The position numbers were made by a program, and so were the translations under genes. Of a stretch of DNA of 64,000 bases, positions 7,098 to 14,291 are shown piece after piece. Every line of letters begins with the position of its first letter. Positions within the stretch are counted from its first letter, which is position 1. Source of the stretch: an uncultured Bacillota bacterium (GTDB taxonomy: Bacteria > Bacillota_I > Bacilli_A > RF39 > UBA660); the NCBI GenBank assembly GCA_900317975.1, contig ONIZ01000002.1, positions 6,473-70,472 on the forward strand, read 5' to 3'. A model generated the notes under the pieces. The model was not told the origin of the DNA, made no database searches, and saw only the letters and a list, made by a program, of their open reading frames with translations.

Positions 7098-7146
7098 TGT
7101 ACAAAATAAAAAACAATATTGTTTTACTAATTAAATTATTAAATCT

Positions 7147-7692
7147 ATGAGTTATGGTTATCAAAGACCTCATTATAACAATCGAGGTCGCAATTACGGT
7201 CGTAATTATGGTCGTCGTCCATTTGTTCCTGCCACTAAAGACAAAGAAGAAACTGTAAAGTATCCTGGACTTCCACCTTTTGTACAAAATTTAGATGCAC
7301 ATTTAGTTCGTCTTGTACGAATTGTGCAAGGTAATGATGATATTAGGAGATATATATCTCTTGGTATCATTAATAGACTTATTAAATCTAAAGCAATTAC
7401 TGAAGGTGGAAACTATATACGTTTCCGTTGGGATAAATTTACTGTTTGCAGTAAAGGTATTAATACCGATTATCGGTATAATGATCCTATCTTTCTTCAA
7501 TCGTTTGTTGGATCATTTACAATTTTGACCAATGTTGCGTCTAAAGCATTAGAAAATTTTGTCAAAATTGAATTTGATCAACCAGCAGAAAAAGTAATTG
7601 ACGGAAGTGATCCTGACGGTGTTGATAAAGAGCTTATTGAAAAGCAACTCAACACAGATGAAAACCTTGGAGTTTTTGAGGAACAGCAATAA
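7147..7692 (+). CDS. hypothetical protein with Arg/Gly/Tyr-rich N-terminus (181 aa)
   Basis: N-terminus reads NNRGRNYGRNYGRRP, and a promoter lies 50 nt upstream. Confidence 0.75.
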   Translation: MSYGYQRPHYNNRGRNYGRNYGRRPFVPATKDKEETVKYPGLPPFVQNLDAHLVRLVRIVQGNDDIRRYISLGIINRLIKSKAITEGGNYIRFRWDKFTVCSKGINTDYRYNDPIFLQSFVGSFTILTNVASKALENFVKIEFDQPAEKVIDGSDPDGVDKELIEKQLNTDENLGVFEEQQ

Positions 7693-7706
7693 ATAAAAAT
7701 TTATAT

Positions 7707-7765
7707 AGTAATAAGAATACTACGGCTTTATAGCAATAAAGTTAGGAAAATGTATTCTTATTACT
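7707..7765 (+). terminator. hairpin with 13-bp stem (terminator-like)
   Basis: AGTAATAAGAATA pairs with TATTCTTATTACT and is followed by attttaaaaa. Confidence 0.4.
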
Positions 7766-7786
7766 ATTTTAAAAATTGATTTTATT

Positions 7787-7972
7787 ATGAAAAAGAATGG
7801 TCAATTCGATAAGAAAGAATTAGAAGTTATGCCTTCTAAAATTAAAGAAGCTATTTTAGAACTTAAAAAGATTCGTTATGTTTCTCCTAAACAATATGGT
7901 GTAGCAATTGCTAATTCTCCACGTCATGCATCACTTAAAGGTAAACGTATGGTTTATCTTAATAAACACTAA
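7787..7972 (+). CDS. hypothetical protein (61 aa)
   Basis: Clean ORF on the + strand. Confidence 0.55.
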   Translation: MKKNGQFDKKELEVMPSKIKEAILELKKIRYVSPKQYGVAIANSPRHASLKGKRMVYLNKH

Positions 7973-7978
7973 AATGTT

Positions 7979-8143
7979 ATGTATGTCGATGAAAATGGTA
8001 AAATTCATCTTCAATCTGCTAAAACTTTAAAAGATTTAGGAGAATACGCTTTAAATGATTATGACGACGTAGCACATGAATTAGAAGAAACATTAAATAA
8101 AGGAGATGAAGATGAAGAAATGGCTGAAATGTTAAATTATTAA
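7979..8143 (+). CDS. small acidic hypothetical protein (54 aa)
   Basis: Read by hand: MYVDENGKIHLQSAKTLKDLGEYALNDYDDVAHELEETLNKGDEDEEMAEMLNY. It is tightly packed with its neighbours and is preferred over the antisense track ORF 8019-8237. Confidence 0.5.
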   Translation: MYVDENGKIHLQSAKTLKDLGEYALNDYDDVAHELEETLNKGDEDEEMAEMLNY

Positions 8144-8148
8144 TAATT

Positions 8149-8310
8149 ATGACAACAGCTAAACTAAAAAGAGTTGTAAGTACATTTATGCAATGTCTTT
8201 CTTGTAAAGATTGTGTATTTGTAAATACTTGTATCATTTTAGAACAAACTACTTCTCATAGTTTATGTTATCATTTACAAAATAATGATGACATTGAAAC
8301 AGGTGAATAA
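8149..8310 (+). CDS. small Cys-rich hypothetical protein (53 aa)
   Basis: Read by hand: MTTAKLKRVVSTFMQCLSCKDCVFVNTCIILEQTTSHSLCYHLQNNDDIETGE. Confidence 0.45.
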   Translation: MTTAKLKRVVSTFMQCLSCKDCVFVNTCIILEQTTSHSLCYHLQNNDDIETGE

Positions 8311-8322
8311 TTAAATTAAATT

Positions 8323-8547
8323 ATGAAAAAAATATTAGAAGCTATTAAGAATTGGTGGTTATATCAAGTTCTTAAAAAAGAAAGAACTGTTGAAACTACT
8401 CGTTACATTAAAGGCTATAAAAATAGTCGTCCATTTTATATGAAGAAAATATATAAATGTGTTTATGTAGGTAACAAATGTATCAGCAGTATCAGAACTG
8501 ATCAAAAATTTATAAGTAAAAAAGAATATTATGATCAGTTTAGTTAA
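8323..8547 (+). CDS. hypothetical protein (74 aa)
   Basis: Clean ORF on the + strand. Confidence 0.55.
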   Translation: MKKILEAIKNWWLYQVLKKERTVETTRYIKGYKNSRPFYMKKIYKCVYVGNKCISSIRTDQKFISKKEYYDQFS

Positions 8548-8553
8548 ATAAAT

Positions 8554-8629
8554 AATCAATAGTATAATTGTTTACCAAATTATAGTACGTTTGATTCTCA
8601 AGAGCATTTTAACAATTATACTATTGATT
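8554..8629 (+). repeat. perfect 19-bp inverted repeat (hairpin) upstream of tRNA-Leu
   Basis: AATCAATAGTATAATTGTT (8554-8572) pairs with AACAATTATACTATTGATT (8611-8629), followed by ttttat. Confidence 0.7.
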
Positions 8630-8638
8630 TTTATACAT

Positions 8639-8712
8639 AAATCTATAGTTTTATTATATTTGCCATACCGATATATACCTCCTTCTAAATAATATGATAA
8701 AACTATAGATTT
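8639..8712 (+). repeat. perfect 16-bp inverted repeat ending 2 nt before tRNA-Leu
   Basis: AAATCTATAGTTTTAT (8639-8654) pairs with ATAAAACTATAGATTT (8697-8712). Confidence 0.7.
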
Positions 8713-8714
8713 TT

Positions 8715-8800
8715 GCCGTGATGGTGGAATAGGTAGACACGAAAGACTTAAAATCTTTTGACCAGAAATGGTTGTGTGGGTTCAAGTCCCACTCGCGGTA
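8715..8800 (+). tRNA. tRNA-Leu (anticodon UAA), type II with long variable arm, no encoded CCA
   Basis: Hand-folded. Acceptor GCCGTGA/TCGCGGT, D arm GTG..CAC, anticodon stem AAAGA/TCTTT with loop CTTAAAA. Variable arm ACCA-GAAA-TGGT, T arm GTGGG-TTCAAGT-CCCAC. Confidence 0.85.
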
Positions 8801-8832
8801 CTAATATTAATAATCTTAAATTTAGTAAAATT

Positions 8833-9030
8833 ATGACACTACTTGAAAATAATTATGGTAAACTTAGATGTCCATATTGTGATTCGGTAATGAAAATTGA
8901 ATCTTCTGATATTAATACAAATTATGATAATGAATTATATATTGTTTGTCCAGTATGTGATTCAAATATATGGGTAACTGATAATATTGTTGTTAAAAGA
9001 ATAAAAGATAATATATTATATCATAAATAA
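8833..9030 (+). CDS. zinc-ribbon protein (65 aa)
   Basis: CPYC...CPVC pairs. The start was trimmed to ATG 8833 because the track ORF start (8758) lies inside the tRNA. Confidence 0.6.
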   Translation: MTLLENNYGKLRCPYCDSVMKIESSDINTNYDNELYIVCPVCDSNIWVTDNIVVKRIKDNILYHK

Positions 9031-9048
9031 TTTAAATTTGATAAAATT

Positions 9049-9195
9049 ATGTTTAAAACTAAAACTATTAAAATTATATTCACAATAGATGAATTTAAAA
9101 ATCTTGTAGAGATTTTACCTACTATTTCTATATATTACAATGATAAATGTATAACATTTCGTTGGATAATATTTGAAATAAATGTATATTATTAA
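9049..9195 (+). CDS. mini-protein family member 1 (48 aa)
   Basis: Read by hand: ...ILPTISIYYNDKCITFRWIIFEINVYY. It shares the pattern LP(T/S)I-x6-KCI-x-F/G-x-W...FE with 13969-14124 and 14155-14289. Confidence 0.45.
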   Translation: MFKTKTIKIIFTIDEFKNLVEILPTISIYYNDKCITFRWIIFEINVYY

Positions 9196-9213
9196 TCTTA
9201 AATTAATAAAATT

Positions 9214-9429
9214 ATGTCTTCTGTTATTTTTAATAAACTTATTAATCGTTGTAGATTTAAAAACATTAACGGTTTAATTTGTAAACCTATTAGTTTTAAT
9301 GAATCTAAAAATGAAATAATTGTTGAAATTACTAATCCAAATACTAATAATACTTGGAGAGAAATTTGGAATGATTTAAGTGCTGCAATTACTGCATTTC
9401 AAATTGGTGATTATTTATTTATTGATTAA
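9214..9429 (+). CDS. hypothetical protein (71 aa)
   Basis: Clean ORF on the + strand. Confidence 0.55.
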   Translation: MSSVIFNKLINRCRFKNINGLICKPISFNESKNEIIVEITNPNTNNTWREIWNDLSAAITAFQIGDYLFID

Positions 9430-9441
9430 ATTATTAAAATT

Positions 9442-9625
9442 ATGACATTAAAAGAATATAAAAATAATATAGGTAGAAAAGTTACCTATATTCCCCTTTA
9501 AAGGGTGTGATCCTAAACTCTATGAAGAAGGAGTTATTACAAGTACAAACAATAAATATGCATTTGTACGTTATAATTCAGATATTAATTCTAAAGCAAC
9601 TAATCCTAAAGATTTAAAATTATAA
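9442..9625 (+). CDS. small protein interrupted by TAA at 9499-9501; intact only with a +1 shift at CUU-U (or a pseudogene)
   Basis: Frame 0 reads MTLKEYKNNIGRKVTYIPL-stop. Frame +1 continues KGCDPKLYEEGVITSTNNKYAFVRYNSDINSKATNPKDLKL to the stop at 9623-9625. Confidence 0.4.
9493..9505. repeat. dispersed GC-rich motif variant (cccctttaaaggg, fully palindromic)
   Basis: Contains the in-frame TAA that interrupts 9442-9625. Confidence 0.6.
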
Positions 9626-9656
9626 ATAGTATAATTAAATAAAAATTATATAAATT

Positions 9657-9968
9657 ATGACTTCATATTCAGATATTAAAAATTTAGAATCTGGATTTTA
9701 TAAAATATGTGATGCTTCGATAGTTAGATTTGGAGGTAAAATAGGATTTAAAATAATAAATATTAATGATGATAATAGTTGTATATTTGTACAACTACAT
9801 CCATTGAAAGAAAAAAGAACTCCAGGTGAAGAAGTATCATCAAAAGATATAAATGAAGGATTTAATGTTTGTTTATGTTTTGACAATATAAAAAGTATTG
9901 ATAGCTTTATTGGATGTCTAAATGAAGCTAAACAATATTTAAATATTCGTAAAAACAATAACAAATAA
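9657..9968 (+). CDS. hypothetical protein (103 aa)
   Basis: Clean ORF on the + strand. Confidence 0.6.
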   Translation: MTSYSDIKNLESGFYKICDASIVRFGGKIGFKIININDDNSCIFVQLHPLKEKRTPGEEVSSKDINEGFNVCLCFDNIKSIDSFIGCLNEAKQYLNIRKNNNK

Positions 9969-9978
9969 TTTAATAATT

Positions 9979-10050
9979 GCTGCCATCGTATAACGGTTAG
10001 TACTCAAGATTTTCATTCTTGCAATCCGAGTTCGATTCTCGGTGGCAGTA
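9979..10050 (+). tRNA. tRNA-Glu (anticodon UUC), no encoded CCA
   Basis: Hand-folded. Acceptor GCTGCCA/TGGCAGT (G1-U72), D stem GTAT/GTAC, anticodon stem CAAGA/TCTTG with loop TTTTCAT, T arm CCGAG-TTCGATT-CTCGG. Confidence 0.8.
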
Positions 10051-10054
10051 CAAA

Positions 10055-10071
10055 GGATGCTTATAGCATCC
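10055..10071 (+). terminator. short hairpin just after tRNA-Glu
   Basis: GGATGC-TTATA-GCATCC followed by gtttg. Confidence 0.4.
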
Positions 10072-10154
10072 GTTTGCAAATCAAACATATATTTGAATTG
10101 ACTACTCTTGCTTGTGAAAGTAGGAGTAGTTTTTATCTTAAAATTAATAATATT

Positions 10155-10298
10155 ATGGAAAGAGAAATAGGAACACGATTTTGGGTTAATGATAAACTAT
10201 ATGAAATAGTTGAACAAAAGAATGAAAGTTGTAAAAAATGTTGTTTTTATAATGATTGTACTATTGAATTAATAAAAAAAACGTGTAGGTTTTTGTAA
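10155..10298 (+). CDS. small Cys-rich hypothetical protein (47 aa)
   Basis: Internal ATG of track ORF 10074-10298. The upstream part of that ORF covers hairpins that follow the tRNA. Confidence 0.4.
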   Translation: MEREIGTRFWVNDKLYEIVEQKNESCKKCCFYNDCTIELIKKTCRFL

Positions 10299-10370
10299 TG
10301 CTATATTTAGAACTGACAAAAAGAATATAATAGTCAAATGCGTAATGTAATAAGGAAAATATTAATTTTA

Positions 10371-10388
10371 AAAGCTATTTTTAGCTTT
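10371..10388. repeat. AAAGCTA-TTTT-TAGCTTT hairpin, copy 1
   Basis: The same hairpin recurs at 25089, 30643 (rc) and 57854. 26 nt are identical to the reverse complement of the 30643 copy. Confidence 0.7.
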
Positions 10389-10514
10389 ATAATAAATTTT
10401 TATTCGACTTGCTTACATTTATACATATTTGCATAAACTTGTCTTATATGGCTCATATTGAATCGATTTGGTACAATATTGTACAACATTGTATAACAAT
10501 AAAATAATACAATT

Positions 10515-10754
10515 ATGGAAATTAAAACAAAATATAATATAGGAGATCAAGTATGTACATTATATTGCGATAGAATAGTATATGGAGCTATTACTCGTAT
10601 TGAAATTAGAATTGATTATGATTCTAATATACAAATTAAATATTTTGTACAAAATATGACTTATATAGGAGAAAATGTATTTTTTCAAGAACATAAAATA
10701 TTTAAAACAAAAGAAGAATTACTAGAAAAATTACATAAAAATGATTCTTTATAA
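10515..10754 (+). CDS. hypothetical protein (79 aa)
   Basis: Clean ORF on the + strand. Confidence 0.6.
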   Translation: MEIKTKYNIGDQVCTLYCDRIVYGAITRIEIRIDYDSNIQIKYFVQNMTYIGENVFFQEHKIFKTKEELLEKLHKNDSL

Positions 10755-10784
10755 TATTAATAATAAAATAATACATCTATAAAT

Positions 10785-11033
10785 ATGAAAACTGTTAGTA
10801 TTCGTTATATAGTAGATGATTCTACATATACTATGCAATTTAAAACAGATGATAATTGCGATTCATTTAATATTAATCAACTTAAAAAAATAATTGCTAA
10901 AGATATATTAGATAATAAACTAAACATTTCTATTGATAATAAACATATTCATTTAAAAAGTAATATAATAAATATATTAGTTAAAGAAATTAAAATAATT
11001 AATTTAACTATTTTACCTTTTAATGATAATTAA
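10785..11033 (+). CDS. hypothetical protein (82 aa), possibly a tandem paralog of the next gene
   Basis: Clean ORF. Its N-terminal pattern (SI.Y.....Y......T) loosely resembles 11037-11357. Confidence 0.55.
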   Translation: MKTVSIRYIVDDSTYTMQFKTDDNCDSFNINQLKKIIAKDILDNKLNISIDNKHIHLKSNIINILVKEIKIINLTILPFNDN

Positions 11034-11036
11034 TCT

Positions 11037-11357
11037 ATGATTACACTTTCTATAAATTATACCTTAAATGGTAAAAGTTATAACAATGAAATTAGAACTA
11101 AAGGCTCTTTTAGTATAGATAGTATTAAAAGAGAAATTTGTTCAATTTTAATGTTTGACGAAATAAATCCTGATGAAGGTATTCGTGAAAATATTGTAGA
11201 AGATATTCATCAATTAATTATGAATAATATAATTATTCAATCTATTGATATTAAACATATAAAAATTGATGAAAAACATCTTATAGAAACTACAATAGAA
11301 AAAGATGTATTAGATCATCCATCTGAATACAATATTTGTATAAAATACAATAAATAA
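11037..11357 (+). CDS. hypothetical protein (106 aa)
   Basis: Clean ORF on the + strand. Confidence 0.6.
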   Translation: MITLSINYTLNGKSYNNEIRTKGSFSIDSIKREICSILMFDEINPDEGIRENIVEDIHQLIMNNIIIQSIDIKHIKIDEKHLIETTIEKDVLDHPSEYNICIKYNK

Positions 11358-11387
11358 TTTTTATTAACAATTAAATCTTGTAAAGTA

Positions 11388-11774
11388 ATGGCTAAAAAAC
11401 ATTATGATGAAAAGAGAGTTCTCAATGAACTTACTCGCAAAGGTGTTGATTTAAGTTTCAGCACACGTTTGATTACAGTTAACACTTCTAATGGAAATGT
11501 AGGTATTCATTCATGGGGAAAGATTGATTTCCTTGTAAAACATTGCGATTGGCATTGTATTTGTAAATCTTCTGAAGAGTTAAAACAAGAAAAAGTTGAT
11601 GCTCAAAAAGAATACAATGCAAACAAAAAAGCAGCTAAACTTAAAGCTAAAGAAGAAAAGCTAAAAGATGCTGCTAAAAAAGAAAATGTTAATTCTCCTA
11701 TTAAAAAAGGAGTAATTAAAGCAGGAAAAAACATGTTTAAAACTTTAAAAAGTATTAAAACTGTTAAAAAATGA
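11388..11774 (+). CDS. hypothetical protein with Lys-rich C-terminal tail (128 aa)
   Basis: The tail KKAAKLKAKEEKLKDAAKKEN suggests nucleic-acid binding. This is inference only. Confidence 0.6.
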   Translation: MAKKHYDEKRVLNELTRKGVDLSFSTRLITVNTSNGNVGIHSWGKIDFLVKHCDWHCICKSSEELKQEKVDAQKEYNANKKAAKLKAKEEKLKDAAKKENVNSPIKKGVIKAGKNMFKTLKSIKTVKK

Positions 11775-12286
11775 GCAAAATAACTTTTTCTTTTACAGTA
11801 CCTCATAGAACAAGTACTGCAAAATCTAAAAGAAATAATGCAAATCACTCTGCCAAGATAATTGACGGAGTGATTTGCATTGATGAAAATGCTAATTATT
11901 CTGTAAAAAGTCTATGTAGTAATGGAGAATTAAAAACTTATAATATTTCTAAGTCTTCCTATAGTTGTAAAAATAAAGAAGTAATATATCGTTTTAATGA
12001 AGGAGAAAGAGGTATAATGCAATTATGGCGTCCAAGTATACATCTTTCAGAAAGTGTTTATAATTTTAAACCTTTTGCTCCAGGCGTAATAGTTGAAGGA
12101 TATTTAATTAAAGATTCTAATTTAGAAGATGTTATAGAAATAATTAAAATTCATAATATTATAGATGATGATAAAAATTTATATAATAAATATTATAATA
12201 CATGTAAAGCAGTAAAAAGTTTTTATAATGATAATTGGAAAACTATTCATAATTCTTATGAAATGAAATATGGAAATGCAAAATAG
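11771..12286 (+). CDS. hypothetical protein (171 aa)
   Basis: ORF whose start overlaps the previous stop by 4 nt (ATGA). Confidence 0.65.
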   Translation: MSKITFSFTVPHRTSTAKSKRNNANHSAKIIDGVICIDENANYSVKSLCSNGELKTYNISKSSYSCKNKEVIYRFNEGERGIMQLWRPSIHLSESVYNFKPFAPGVIVEGYLIKDSNLEDVIEIIKIHNIIDDDKNLYNKYYNTCKAVKSFYNDNWKTIHNSYEMKYGNAK

Positions 12287-13739
12287 TATTGTCCCTTTAC
12301 GGGGGAACAATAATAATTCAATAACATTCACAAAAGGTCAAGAAATAGCAGTTAAAGAAATACTTAACTTCCTTACTGAACCTTTTGATAAAGCTAAATT
12401 TATAGCTGGATTAATAGGTGCAGGTGGAGTAGGTAAAACATTTGTTATAAAATATATATTAGCAAATTGTAATTATTCTAAAAGTGTAATAACTTGTTGT
12501 AGTACAACTCATAAAGCTTGTAGAGTATTCTATGAAGCTTTAAATGGACTTTATCAAGTATATACAATTCAAAGTACATTTGGTTTTAGAATGGATTTAA
12601 AACTTGAAGATTTTAATCCAAATAATCCACAATTTGCTCCAAAAGCTACTCCTAAAATAGATGATACTAAAATTTTAATTGTTGATGAAGCAAGTATGAT
12701 ACCTGCAAGTTTAGTTGGATATATTAGAAAAGTTTGTATTGAAAAAGAAATTAAAATTTTATTTGTTGGTGATAACGATCAATTACCTCCAGCTAAACAA
12801 TTAAAAAGTACAGCATTTGATATTTGTTTTAAAAAGTTTGTTTTAAATGAAATTGTAAGACAAGGTGTAAAAAATCCTATTTTAGGACTATTAGATATGT
12901 TAAGATATGATATTGAAAATAATACTAATAGATTTATAAGATATTTAACAACTAATATAGGAACAATGAATTATAATGAAAATAATGAAGGTTATTGTAT
13001 ATTAAATAGACAAGAATTTACTCAAGCTGTAGTAAATAAATTTAGTAATCCAGATTATTCTAAAAATATTGATTTATATAGAATGATAACTTATACAAAT
13101 GATGCTGTACAATCATGGAATGATTTTATTAGAAATATTATAGTAATTGATTCAGAAAAAAATATATTAACAAAACATGATTTATTAATGGCATATGAAA
13201 CTATTGTAGATGATTATCAAAGTCCTATAATAATTAATAGTGAAGAATATATTGTAAATGAAATAGTAAATTATATAGATAATACTTATAAATTTAAAGG
13301 ATTTAATGTACGTCTTCAAGCAATACATGGTGGAAAAATAACTACACCAATGTTTATTATAGATCATAGAGATAGATATACAATGTTAAAATATCATGAA
13401 ATTGTAAGTTCTCTTATAAAAGATGCTAAATCTTCTAGTATAGGTGTTCGTTCTGCAAAATGGAAAAAGTATTTTGATTTTAAACGTAAATATCTTTTAC
13501 TTAAAAATGTTAAAAATGCTTTAGGAGAATTACTTTATGATAGAGATTTAGATTATGGTTTTGCTATAACCTCTCATAAATCTCAAGGAAGTACTTATGG
13601 TTGTGTATTTGTTGATTGTATGGATATGATTTATGATAAACGTGGATTACCTTATACATTAACAAGTGATTTACTTAAACGACTTTATGTTGCTTGTAGT
13701 AGAGCAAAAACAGAATTAATACTTTGTTATGGAAGATAA
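12270..13739 (+). CDS. SF1 DNA helicase (RecD/Dda/Pif1-like)
   Basis: Walker A GAGGVGKTF, Walker B ILIVDEASM, GDNDQLPP, and the C-terminal SHKSQGSTY and YVACSRAK motifs. Confidence 0.85.
   Translation: MEMQNSIVPLRGNNNNSITFTKGQEIAVKEILNFLTEPFDKAKFIAGLIGAGGVGKTFVIKYILANCNYSKSVITCCSTTHKACRVFYEALNGLYQVYTIQSTFGFRMDLKLEDFNPNNPQFAPKATPKIDDTKILIVDEASMIPASLVGYIRKVCIEKEIKILFVGDNDQLPPAKQLKSTAFDICFKKFVLNEIVRQGVKNPILGLLDMLRYDIENNTNRFIRYLTTNIGTMNYNENNEGYCILNRQEFTQAVVNKFSNPDYSKNIDLYRMITYTNDAVQSWNDFIRNIIVIDSEKNILTKHDLLMAYETIVDDYQSPIIINSEEYIVNEIVNYIDNTYKFKGFNVRLQAIHGGKITTPMFIIDHRDRYTMLKYHEIVSSLIKDAKSSSIGVRSAKWKKYFDFKRKYLLLKNVKNALGELLYDRDLDYGFAITSHKSQGSTYGCVFVDCMDMIYDKRGLPYTLTSDLLKRLYVACSRAKTELILCYGR
12293..12305 (-). 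repeat. dispersed GC-rich motif copy (rc cccccgtaaaggg), in the helicase gene
   Basis: Translated as VPLRGN. Confidence 0.65.
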
Positions 13740-13965
13740 TTATTATTATCCAATATTTGCTTTTAATGCAGATGGAGGAGGAAGATATGGAATAATATTA
13801 GTTGCTGCTAAAAATGAAAAAGAAGCATTTGATTATTTAATGACCACTAGATATTCTAAATTATATCAAATTAGATTTGAAAAGAAAGCTATTAATTTAT
13901 ATAATTATGAAGAAAATGAATTAAAAGAGCCAAAGATAGTATTTAAAAATTTTATTGAAATTTAA
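13729..13965 (+). CDS. hypothetical protein (78 aa)
   Basis: Clean ORF on the + strand. Confidence 0.55.
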   Translation: MEDNYYYPIFAFNADGGGRYGIILVAAKNEKEAFDYLMTTRYSKLYQIRFEKKAINLYNYEENELKEPKIVFKNFIEI

Positions 13966-13968
13966 ATT

Positions 13969-14124
13969 ATGAAAATAAGAACTTTTTGTGAATGGAGGCG
14001 ATTTAGTTTGCTTGAAGGAGAACGTGATTGCTATATATTGCCTTCTATAATAATAAATTTTAATTTAAAATGTATTGTATTTTGTTGGTTATATTTAACA
14101 TTTGAAATAGATATTTTAAAATAA
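13969..14124 (+). CDS. mini-protein family member 2 (51 aa)
   Basis: Read by hand: ...YILPSIIINFNLKCIVFCWLYLTFEIDILK. Confidence 0.45.
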   Translation: MKIRTFCEWRRFSLLEGERDCYILPSIIINFNLKCIVFCWLYLTFEIDILK

Positions 14125-14154
14125 TATTTTATTAAAATTTAAAATTATAATAAT

Positions 14155-14289
14155 ATGGAAACTTATTTTGTAAATAACTGGGAAAATAAAGATTTTCTTT
14201 TACTTCCTACAATAGAAATAGATTTTAAAGAAAAATGTATTGGAATAGGTTGGTTATATTGGGGAATTGTATTTGAATTTAATGGTTAA
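14155..14289 (+). CDS. mini-protein family member 3 (44 aa)
   Basis: Read by hand: ...LLLPTIEIDFKEKCIGIGWLYWGIVFEFNG. Confidence 0.45.
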   Translation: METYFVNNWENKDFLLLPTIEIDFKEKCIGIGWLYWGIVFEFNG

Positions 14290-14291
14290 TT

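Noticed and set aside
6946-7134. 62-aa + strand ORF.
   Set aside because: It spans a long terminator hairpin and the promoter at 7066-7097. The protein is low complexity and hydrophobic from A+T bias.
8758-8832. N-terminal extension of track ORF 8758-9030.
   Set aside because: It begins inside tRNA-Leu. The zinc-ribbon protein most plausibly starts at ATG 8833.
8715-10050. Possibility that the two tRNAs are suppressor tRNAs indicating stop-codon reassignment, as reported in some crAss-like lineages.
   Set aside because: The hand-folded anticodons are UAA (Leu) and UUC (Glu), not complementary to stop codons. ORFs of 14.2 kb and 6.7 kb are open under the standard code.
10440-10452. Possible host-type promoter (catatttg) upstream of 10515-10754.
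   Set aside because: The -7 box has C instead of T at position 1, and no TTTG lies at the correct spacing.
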